A program made the translations under genes and the position numbers. From contig OZ223269.1 of NCBI GenBank assembly GCA_965140585.1, positions 992,001 through 1,056,000 of the forward strand: a stretch of DNA of 64,000 nucleotides, given 5' to 3'. The stretch's first letter is position 1. Each line of letters opens with the position of its first letter. The notes below the pieces were generated by a model. That model searched no databases, was not told the origin of the DNA, and saw only the letters and a program-made list of their open reading frames with translations. The stretch comes from Spirochaetia bacterium (GTDB lineage Bacteria > Spirochaetota > Spirochaetia > UBA9216). Shown piece after piece: positions 41,201 to 48,597 of this stretch.

Positions 41201-42958
41201 CGAAGCAGGATAAATATTTTTACCGCTGAAATTTATACTTAGTCCGGATTCATTCATATCCCGAAGTCTCAAAAGCCCGTTTGTGTTTGTTGTTTCCAGT
41301 TTCACAGCAGTCTGAAGCCCTGCTTCAATTTTCATCCCTGAGTCTTCAAATTCTTTCAAATAGGATAAGTCTGCAGCGGCATAGAGCATTCCTGTGTTCT
41401 GTCCGTCGTATTCAGAGTATTTTCCTGATGTAATATTCCATTTCAACCCTGTGTCAAAGCCTGCTGTCATAGCAGGCGTAATCGAGAACGTATTTGCAGA
41501 TGCAAACAGAATATCAGAACCGGTTTCAAGGCTTGACTGTGTGTGGTAATTTATGACAATTCTATCGGTAGAAGACGGCTGCGTATTAAATGTGATGACA
41601 CCGCTGCTGCTGAGAGCCCAGTCAGTATTTTTAATGCCGTTTATATAAATTCTTACAGATCCGTCTACAGCATCATCAATACTGTAGCTGTCCTGTTCTT
41701 CCAGAGTCTGAATTATTACCTTTCTGCCTGTAAAACCATCTCCGCTTTCAGCATCCGGTCCGTATATTCGACTGTATCCGCCGCTTAAATTGTAGAGCGG
41801 ATATCGGACATCACTTCCGGACACAGTTTTCAGCAATATGATTCCTGCATCCTTGTCTGCCGAATAACCGGGTTCAAGCGCAGAACTGAGTGATGACACA
41901 TCTTCGGCAAGATATACCCTTGTTTTATAACTGTCATCAGGCAGGGATGAACCGAAACTATATGCTGCGCATGATTGAAAGGGTGAAAAAGTTCCCGGAT
42001 CAGACAGCATAAGAACGGTGCCTGCGGTTGTAATTTCGGAGTAGTCTGCAAGTGTTTTTACAGGTGAGCTAACATATGGATTTTCAATCATGGAAGTCCA
42101 GGAAAAATCAGATGATAGAGCAATTACTGCTCCGTCGGGTTCAGAATTGAAAACAAGCATCCCGGTTCCTGGATTATACGAATATTCTGAGGAGTCGCAC
42201 TCAATAAAATATCTTAGACTGTCTCCCCAGTTCATAGTCAGTGAATATTCCATATCTTTGGAGGTTTCAATATAGAAGACAGCATCTGAGGGGCCGTTCG
42301 GTACTATAAAGTATCGGTTTACAAGATACTCATAAGGTTCAAGTTCAATTTCGGTTACCAGATCACTGCCTATATAAATTTTAGATAGTTCTTCTTCCGG
42401 GTCAAACCTCAAAAGAAGTTCATGAGTTGAGAACGGGCTTTGAAATCGTGTATATGCACCGAATGCAGAATAGCTTCCGTCGGGAACAAAATAATAATCC
42501 GACATACTGCTCTGTTTCTGAAGATCCAGCCCCATGTTTCCCAGACTTACATCCTGAAGAAATTCATTTTCCTTTCCTCTGTAACCAAGCATAAAGGTTG
42601 ATTCTTCAAGATCATCAGTAAAAGTTGTTTCAAAAAGATACCTGTCAAGAATATTCAAAGAGGCCGTAAAATCAGGTGAATGTTCAAAAGAGAACCCGGT
42701 ATTAAGCCCGGGATATGAAGCGGTATAATCAAAACCATAGTTTTCAGACCAGCCGAAACCGTAACTTGCATATAAACCTATTTTCCAGCTTCCTGTTACA
42801 AAAAGCATGACATCTGCACTGTCCATACCTATATCAAGAAAATGTTCCGGGGCTTCTTCTTCAGGCAGCAGAACATCTTCAGAAAAAACCGGAAATGAGA
42901 TTATTGTCAATATATAAAATAATAACAATCCAAATAGATGGTTTTTAAATTGCGGCAT
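38255..42958 (-). CDS. Large exported protein, SprA/Sov-like outer-membrane protein candidate
   Basis: ORF track 1580 aa from GTG 42997, ATG 42958 preferred; signal peptide; SprA-like motifs; strand-rich C-terminal part ending in Tyr. Confidence 0.6.
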   Translation of the reverse strand: MPQFKNHLFGLLLFYILTIISFPVFSEDVLLPEEEAPEHFLDIGMDSADVMLFVTGSWKIGLYASYGFGWSENYGFDYTASYPGLNTGFSFEHSPDFTASLNILDRYLFETTFTDDLEESTFMLGYRGKENEFLQDVSLGNMGLDLQKQSSMSDYYFVPDGSYSAFGAYTRFQSPFSTHELLLRFDPEEELSKIYIGSDLVTEIELEPYEYLVNRYFIVPNGPSDAVFYIETSKDMEYSLTMNWGDSLRYFIECDSSEYSYNPGTGMLVFNSEPDGAVIALSSDFSWTSMIENPYVSSPVKTLADYSEITTAGTVLMLSDPGTFSPFQSCAAYSFGSSLPDDSYKTRVYLAEDVSSLSSALEPGYSADKDAGIILLKTVSGSDVRYPLYNLSGGYSRIYGPDAESGDGFTGRKVIIQTLEEQDSYSIDDAVDGSVRIYINGIKNTDWALSSSGVITFNTQPSSTDRIVINYHTQSSLETGSDILFASANTFSITPAMTAGFDTGLKWNITSGKYSEYDGQNTGMLYAAADLSYLKEFEDSGMKIEAGLQTAVKLETTNTNGLLRLRDMNESGLSINFSGKNIYPASPSGIIDGGLTNANRGILYYKDYRYTASSSTYQDYNTEIDESFIYNPADSKAADMYKSGPYIASIPDSDGIGITNALILDYELADSTEWVGMQLPLNKGGSNQDMSMYKSFSFYMKSEGDVSDLSVYIEAGSVAEDLDADGYIGEESSEYSEGFIFNDPNTSSGTLIGGDNQNGSNDVLDSEDINDNGIADREKTDSIAIFESGTDFQLPGTGWKKIRCYFTDSGAAAFSRLKDSEFVRISVKSNTAAAEGRLMFADFKFEGSSMFANIEGSYTAPEYSEIYEEDILSSEAPDEALSTDYIGSESNRVLRIDWDSDWNMYSYIEPVDSSNYRSLSFYYHAPALSGDSNLGVRITDGSSNGYEMILPISETSVWHKVEVNYTDLSVYIDGVLSADTDITVSGSPASFSLIEFFMDDTAGGTVFIDEVNLEDSVYIAGAGISANFSINSGKAVLKAGDTEIIGVTSFSENAAFDLSDNGTDNYEINSQSVMTTSILGSNIKTSLGVYNSQQYSRYSGYHSLKVPVAGSSLVINDVFQSADTSADDFSKTDSVVLNLPWLTGELAGFTASLSDDLLLQDWNSTLNLSFGSFYCGASAAMVLSGSGYNPGWNGYFDGWLNSFGLMLPYYTGENIERSSAFSLNPGIKTVPAGFETSITLSGSVDSDNIKTDTFDMDMAVPISLPDEVWGMTARIGYSRNADFTYDTKNTLIQEDIDQLFTTVSEQAYLFTSVPGYELFSESLSESFYDSCNAYEIDYAELTNSLYLTLNRKYSSRLMDLFLPSFLDISITGTTVKDYLELESDLSLDFTGRSTALNLFGQAGAHSLTNLWYSDEYSWSATAILSGLLNTQPVQEYGLGTSAVFYTDETESISFETASVLPVNNEDVTGSFEAAFTWSWNRIPEKPIDLPFFSPEEEALEIFTNEELMVFAISDSYDIELKHTTALTIFQTFTLSAYVTAGLSYENSDDGHIWLFGTGAGISGSVMY

Positions 42959-43022
42959 CTGCAAAACAGTATAACGCGATTTATTCTGTTTTGTCACAGT
43001 TGAGTTGATTTTTTAAGTCCTT

Positions 43023-43976
43023 TTGACGAAAATAAAAACAATGGAATTCAGTGATAGCGATAAACAAAAAGCTCAAACATTTATAGCCAGGCTGACCGCA
43101 AATCCTGCTCTAAAAACTATGAGTACACTGCAGCGGGAAGAACAGATTCTTCAGTTTCTGTCTTTAAATGCAAAACAGCTTTATCCGACACTTTCTTCGG
43201 ATAATTTTTTTAAAAACTGGGAATGGAACAATATCTGGAGCATTCTGGTAACCACACTTTATGAAATTACTAATATGGATCTTCTGCCAGAATTTAATAG
43301 TATAATCGGGCAGATAGATACGACCTTCTTCACCCTTATTGAAGACCGGGGTATTACCAGTGATCAATCCAAAGAAGTACTGACAAAGATTCTGTTAGAA
43401 GGTGTCAATAATGAACAGGTGAGAAGAGTGCTTACAGGTTCATATACTGCAATTACAACCGGAATAGTACGAAAATATGTAAGCGAAATATATAAACGGA
43501 AAAAATATATTCATTTTGAACTCACCAAGGTTGAAAAGTTAAGACTTAGTGAAGCGGATGCTCTTCACATGATGAATACTATCCTGCTTATTAAACCCTT
43601 AATTTATATGTATATCCCTAAAAATACTGCTGTCCGCAACACTGCAAACGGACATGTTTTTCTGAGTCAGTTCACCAAAAATGTTGCGGCTACTTTTGTA
43701 CAGAAATTTCCTGAAATTCCCCAGCAGATTTTTTATAGCGGAATGAACTCCAGCGCGTCTTTTTCAGACGATCACCAGCTTGAAGCTAGCGCCAGGATGA
43801 GCAATATATTAGCTTCTATGAGCAGGAATTATAAACCCGGAATGGCCGTCGATAAGGGAGCTGATACCGCACTCAAGAGCTGGATAAACGTATCCAGAAA
43901 GAATTATAAATTCTACGGCTATGATCTGAAAATGCTTGATGAGCTTTATATTATAGCCGCAGATTATGGATGGTAA
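43023..43976 (+). CDS. Hypothetical soluble helical protein
   Basis: 317-aa ORF (ATG alternative at 43041), overlaps next start. Confidence 0.75.
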   Translation: MTKIKTMEFSDSDKQKAQTFIARLTANPALKTMSTLQREEQILQFLSLNAKQLYPTLSSDNFFKNWEWNNIWSILVTTLYEITNMDLLPEFNSIIGQIDTTFFTLIEDRGITSDQSKEVLTKILLEGVNNEQVRRVLTGSYTAITTGIVRKYVSEIYKRKKYIHFELTKVEKLRLSEADALHMMNTILLIKPLIYMYIPKNTAVRNTANGHVFLSQFTKNVAATFVQKFPEIPQQIFYSGMNSSASFSDDHQLEASARMSNILASMSRNYKPGMAVDKGADTALKSWINVSRKNYKFYGYDLKMLDELYIIAADYGW

Positions 43977-45079
43977 AACTTATGAATAAGAAAATAACCG
44001 ATATACTTGAAAACGTAGTTATTGCAGCTATACTTCTTGTACTCATACAGACATTTCTTGAAGATCTTGCTGTACTTCTTGGATTCACCTGGGCAGTCCG
44101 CAGCAGCATAATTTTAGCCGGTTTTTTCTTTGACCTTTTTTTTACTGCTGAATTTATCACACGACTTGTTTCAGCATCAAAAAAGGGCAGGGTAAGAGAA
44201 TATATATTCCTTGAAAAAGGCTGGATAGACTTTATGGCATCCATACCTCTTCTGGTCTTTAACTCCGGGCCCATTGCCGCAGCAATACTCTTCGGTGGCG
44301 GAGCAGTAGGAAGTACTGCGGGAATACTCAACATACTTAAAGTTATTAAGGCGGTAAGAATTGCCAGAGTCCTCAGGCTGCTTCGTGTACTTAAGATTTT
44401 TAAGCAGATTAAAAATGCAGAGAGTGAAATGGCTCAAAGACATGTGTCCAAAATTGCCGCTATGGGCGTTTCAGTTTTTGTTTTTGTATTATTTATCACC
44501 TCAATATTATCTCAGCTCACCGGACTTCCGTCAGCAGAAAACTATAACAAAGAAGTAATGACCGATGTTATCTACGCATACAGCGAAGGTAATGCCGATT
44601 CCGCTGAATATTTCCGGACACTCCTCATTGTAAAAGAAAATGGTCAAACCCTTTTCAGCCGATATGATAATGATTTTTACTCAACTGATTTCGGATTCAA
44701 TGATTACACCTTTGCCGAATACGGCAGTCACCAGTTCTTTTTTGATAACAGACAAATGGAAAAGATTCAGTCACGCGACAATCTTGTTTATTTTATCCTG
44801 ATTGTTGCGCTTGTTGTCGCCTATACTCTTTTCTACAGCCCGCACTTTGCCATTACAATAAGCGACCCTGTTCACGTGATGCGCAGAGGCCTTTCAGAAA
44901 AATCATATAATTTTGAGGTTAAAATTCCATCAGACTTCAAGGATGATGATATATTCAGACTGGCATCTGAATATAACAAGGTATTTCTGCCGATGAAGGA
45001 CCGAAGTCATGCTGAAGAGTCCTCTATAGATGCAGATTCACTTGAATTGAAGATGGATGATATTAAAAATCTTTTTTGA
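43970..45079 (+). CDS. Voltage-sensor (S1-S4) membrane protein without pore, with HAMP-like C-terminus
   Basis: FFTAEFITR, GWIDFMASIP, KVIKAVRIARVLRLLRVLKIFKQIK. Confidence 0.75.
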   Translation: MVKLMNKKITDILENVVIAAILLVLIQTFLEDLAVLLGFTWAVRSSIILAGFFFDLFFTAEFITRLVSASKKGRVREYIFLEKGWIDFMASIPLLVFNSGPIAAAILFGGGAVGSTAGILNILKVIKAVRIARVLRLLRVLKIFKQIKNAESEMAQRHVSKIAAMGVSVFVFVLFITSILSQLTGLPSAENYNKEVMTDVIYAYSEGNADSAEYFRTLLIVKENGQTLFSRYDNDFYSTDFGFNDYTFAEYGSHQFFFDNRQMEKIQSRDNLVYFILIVALVVAYTLFYSPHFAITISDPVHVMRRGLSEKSYNFEVKIPSDFKDDDIFRLASEYNKVFLPMKDRSHAEESSIDADSLELKMDDIKNLF

Positions 45080-45366
45080 TGATAGTTTCAATGATTCAGT
45101 TTGTCTTTGAGCTGCCGGAAGTAGAGAATATCAAAGACAAACGCAGTATAGTAAAATCTTTCAAGGAGAAACTTATCCGGAAATTTAAAGTTTCTGCTGC
45201 TGAAGTTGATCTTCAGGATTCACTGAGATTTACCCAGATTGGTATAGCCCTTGTATCAAATTCCGTTCAGTATGGTGAACAGGTAATGCATAAAATATTA
45301 AAATTCGCAGAAGACGAAGTTCCCGGCAGACTTCATGATGTTGAAATTCATTCAGAACGTTATTAA
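45076..45366 (+). CDS. DUF503/YlxP family protein
   Basis: IKDKRSIVKS..KFKVSAAEVDLQD..IGIALVSN. Confidence 0.85.
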   Translation: MMIVSMIQFVFELPEVENIKDKRSIVKSFKEKLIRKFKVSAAEVDLQDSLRFTQIGIALVSNSVQYGEQVMHKILKFAEDEVPGRLHDVEIHSERY

Positions 45367-45380
45367 TCCGGATTTGATCT

Positions 45381-45419
45381 AAATTGGGCTTTGAAAAGCC
45401 CCTTTTCAAAGCCCAATTT
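45381..45419. repeat. Perfect 18-bp inverted repeat (probable bidirectional terminator/hairpin)
   Basis: AAATTGGGCTTTGAAAAG-CCC-CTTTTCAAAGCCCAATTT between convergent genes. Confidence 0.8.
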
Positions 45420-46119
45420 CTTCAGGTTCGTCAGCAGGAAACAGATAAATATCATCAAGCTTATGAATACAATCTATCTCCATTGCATCTACAAAAGCAT
45501 CTTCAGCTGTAATTCCCATAGAGAAAAAATGTTTTACAGGTTTAAAACCATCGGCTTCTATCTCTATTCTAAATGAGAATGTCTGTTCTGTTCCTAACCT
45601 TTCAGCTTCTTCCGGAAACGGCCAGAACATGAAAATACCATCGGTTTCAGATACAAGCGGACAGGGGTTCTGCCAGCTTTTGTCGCGCATTTCAGCAGGT
45701 TTATTATTGATAAAAAGTTTTACTTCAGAACCAAAATACGGAGCGAAAGTTTTTCCGTTATAAACTTTTCCTTTAATGATGGGAAAATTAAAGAAGAATT
45801 TTTGTGAAAATTCATGAATATCATTTATAGCTGTATCTTCAGGTCTCATATGAGTACCTACCTGATGAAGTCCTTCATTAGCAAGCGCAGTAATATCAGC
45901 GACGATCTGCGGTTTTTCAAGATAAGATTTCTCGATGTGAGTTAATCCACGTCCTGAAGTGGTGTACATCGGTTTGATGCGGTTTAATACATAACATACA
46001 ACATCAGTACGACATTGTCTGTTATCAACACATCCGGTACGATTCACAAGCGACGGGTTTTCAAACAGTTCTTCAACAGTTTGAACTACAAGATCTTCCA
46101 TGATATTATGCGGTTTCAT
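45406..46119 (-). CDS. ComFB-domain protein with C-terminal beta-sandwich domain
   Basis: HNIMEDLV..CRTDVVCYVLNRIKPMY. Confidence 0.8.
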   Translation of the reverse strand: MKPHNIMEDLVVQTVEELFENPSLVNRTGCVDNRQCRTDVVCYVLNRIKPMYTTSGRGLTHIEKSYLEKPQIVADITALANEGLHQVGTHMRPEDTAINDIHEFSQKFFFNFPIIKGKVYNGKTFAPYFGSEVKLFINNKPAEMRDKSWQNPCPLVSETDGIFMFWPFPEEAERLGTEQTFSFRIEIEADGFKPVKHFFSMGITAEDAFVDAMEIDCIHKLDDIYLFPADEPEEIGL

Positions 46120-46557
46120 CTAATCCTCCTGGACTTCGGAGTTTATTTCAATAATCTCCTTGAGATCTTCAACACAATACTGAAAATCCCTGAGTGTCTC
46201 TTTTAAAGCATAATAGTTCAGACCTGCAAAGTAAATCTTTGAGAAAACAGAAAAGTTATATTCTTCAAATTTTTGAATATTCATATAGCATCCGTACTCA
46301 TAACAGATCTTCAGCATCTCTTCCAGTCTATCCTGAACATAAGATCCCATTCTTGAGGAGAATGAGAATGTAAAGGCAACTTCAAGAAACTTGCTGTCGT
46401 CATCAATAAAAAAGCCGCCCTGGAACACTGATTCTTTTTCATAACCTGCAGAATAGGTATTTTCCGTCATTTCTCCATCAGACAGATCATATCCAAGCTC
46501 TTTAAAAAGGACTGACACTCTGCGGATTCTTTCTTTCATCAGTTTGGTGTATTTCAT
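46120..46557 (-). CDS. Hypothetical protein (possibly YbjN-like fold)
   Basis: 145-aa ORF with GAGGAG RBS, abuts the ComFB gene. Confidence 0.65.
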   Translation of the reverse strand: MKYTKLMKERIRRVSVLFKELGYDLSDGEMTENTYSAGYEKESVFQGGFFIDDDSKFLEVAFTFSFSSRMGSYVQDRLEEMLKICYEYGCYMNIQKFEEYNFSVFSKIYFAGLNYYALKETLRDFQYCVEDLKEIIEINSEVQED

Positions 46558-46609
46558 TCTACTCCTCTGTTAATAATTTATTATGGAATCAAAAGAAAGT
46601 CCATTACTT

Positions 46610-47365
46610 CTAAAGATCATTAAAGTCGTCCTTATCCTTCCAGAATGAATTATATATATGTTCTCTTGTTAATTTATCAATATGTGAGAGCTCACTGATT
46701 ATCGGTTTCACCTTACTTCTTATATTTGTATCATTATAAGGACAGGGTGATTTACATACCGGGAATTCAAGAGCCTGTGCCAACCTTGAAACTGCAGACT
46801 CTTTAACCTCGCACATAGGGCGTACTATATGCAGTTTACCTCCAAAAAACTCCTGTACAGGCAGCATAGTGGTAAAGCGTCCTCTGAAACAGAGGTTTAT
46901 AATGGTGGTTTCTACAATATCATCAAGATGATGTCCAAGCGCCACAATATTAGCCCCGAGAGCCTCAGCCTCTGTAAAAAGAACCCTCTTTCTGTTTCTG
47001 GAACAGAGATAGCAGTTAAATTCCTCATTGAATGAATCAGGAAACATACTTACATCAATGGTTTTAAAAGGGATTTCTATAATAGCAAAAAAATCCTGTA
47101 AATCAGCAATCTGCTTTTCTGTTACAGGATATTCTTTCCAATTTATATGTACCGCCGTGAGTTCATATTTTATCGGAAGCCACCTGCGCCTTAGGGCCAG
47201 AGCAAAAGCAAGGGCAAGCGAATCTTTACCGCCCGATACACCAATAACGACCTTGTCATTTTCCTTAATCATATTAAAGCGGTTAATACCTTTGCCGGTC
47301 TGTTTTACAAACCGCATAATCCAGGGAGGTATAGTGCCGCTGAAAATTTCAGCAGTTTTATTCAT
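46610..47365 (-). CDS. ttcA: tRNA 2-thiocytidine biosynthesis protein TtcA family
   Basis: SGGKDS PP-loop, CYLCSRNRK, LGHHLDDIVET, VRPM. Confidence 0.85.
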   Translation of the reverse strand: MNKTAEIFSGTIPPWIMRFVKQTGKGINRFNMIKENDKVVIGVSGGKDSLALAFALALRRRWLPIKYELTAVHINWKEYPVTEKQIADLQDFFAIIEIPFKTIDVSMFPDSFNEEFNCYLCSRNRKRVLFTEAEALGANIVALGHHLDDIVETTIINLCFRGRFTTMLPVQEFFGGKLHIVRPMCEVKESAVSRLAQALEFPVCKSPCPYNDTNIRSKVKPIISELSHIDKLTREHIYNSFWKDKDDFNDL

Positions 47366-48597
47366 TTAAGTATAAAGTCTCCGGAATCTTTAAAGTTTTC
47401 AGCGTCCTTCTGTGGAACGTAGATTCGAACTTTTCTTAATGAAGAGGTAAAACCGTTAACAACCGGGGCGGAAAAAACAGTTTCGGAATCACGGTACTGC
47501 CGTGATTCTCTATCCTCAATTACTTTCAGGTTGATTTCAAATGATATCGGTTCAGGAATATCAATAATTATATCAGAGCAACAGTTACAGGACAGACTTT
47601 TCTGTTCATAATCAAGCCTGAACTCAAGATCTGATAGTTTATTATGAAGATCATTCTCTGTGTCATAGGGAGTTTCATATACACATTTGTACAGCTCCCT
47701 TGAATTGACCATATCCATAAGCTTCATAACAGGGTAAAAATCACCGTTGAATCTTGCAAAAAACTCATCATCATTAAGGCCATATAGATCTTCAGCCTTG
47801 ATTTTTCCGTCAAGCAGGGCACAGATAACCGCTTTTTTTATCATTGCCGTGGCTATTCTTACCGTTTTATGCCAATAGATTGTTCTATACATAAGGTATT
47901 TAGAAAAAAGAATATTCTCAATTGCAGAGATTCCCTGCCTTTTGATAGCAATACCTTCACTTGTGGGTTTTATCTTTGAAAATACGAAATCTGTATCCTG
48001 TATTCCATATGGAACACCGCAGAAAAAGGCATCGCGGTTCAGGTAATCCAGTTTATCAGGATCAAGCACTCCTGAAAGCAGATTTCTAAAAAACCTTGTT
48101 TCTGCATCAGGAGCATCCATTTTGAAGTTGACTATCTGAGCAGTCTTTAACGGATCAGCACCGACTTCGTTTAAAAGACAACTTTTTATCGGTTCAGATA
48201 GAATAAATTCTGCTGTAAGCTCTTCATGTTCTTTCAGCGGAAGTTCTTTCAGCGAATGTGCATAAGGGAAATGTCCCAGATCATGAAGAAGGGCAGCGCA
48301 TAGAAATGAATTAACTCCTTCGGCAGAAAGCTCCGGACAGTCATGATCATTTAAAAGTACAGTTATTAGTCTTCTTGAAAGGTGAAAAACTCCCAGGCTG
48401 TGTGCCAGCCTGGTATGGGTTGCTCCGGGATAAACATGGTATGCAGGCCCCAGTTGTCTGATTCCCGCAAGTCTCTGGAACGGTCCGAGACTAACCAGTT
48501 TTTTTATACCCAGTGACAGGAATATATTCTTCCACAGAGGATCCCTGACAGGTTCAGTGAACTCATTGTTCAGGTAATCCAGTATATCTCTTTTCAA
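47362..48597 (-). CDS. HD-superfamily phosphohydrolase (SAMHD1/dNTPase-like)
   Basis: RLAGIRQLG, HTRLAHSLG, LLHDLGH, DPDKLDYLNRD, YWHKTVR. Confidence 0.88.
   Translation of the reverse strand: MKRDILDYLNNEFTEPVRDPLWKNIFLSLGIKKLVSLGPFQRLAGIRQLGPAYHVYPGATHTRLAHSLGVFHLSRRLITVLLNDHDCPELSAEGVNSFLCAALLHDLGHFPYAHSLKELPLKEHEELTAEFILSEPIKSCLLNEVGADPLKTAQIVNFKMDAPDAETRFFRNLLSGVLDPDKLDYLNRDAFFCGVPYGIQDTDFVFSKIKPTSEGIAIKRQGISAIENILFSKYLMYRTIYWHKTVRIATAMIKKAVICALLDGKIKAEDLYGLNDDEFFARFNGDFYPVMKLMDMVNSRELYKCVYETPYDTENDLHNKLSDLEFRLDYEQKSLSCNCCSDIIIDIPEPISFEINLKVIEDRESRQYRDSETVFSAPVVNGFTSSLRKVRIYVPQKDAENFKDSGDFILK

Noticed and set aside
47362-48597. HD dNTPase as an anti-phage defence gene
   Set aside because: Sits in a housekeeping operon between aconitase and ttcA with no defence context
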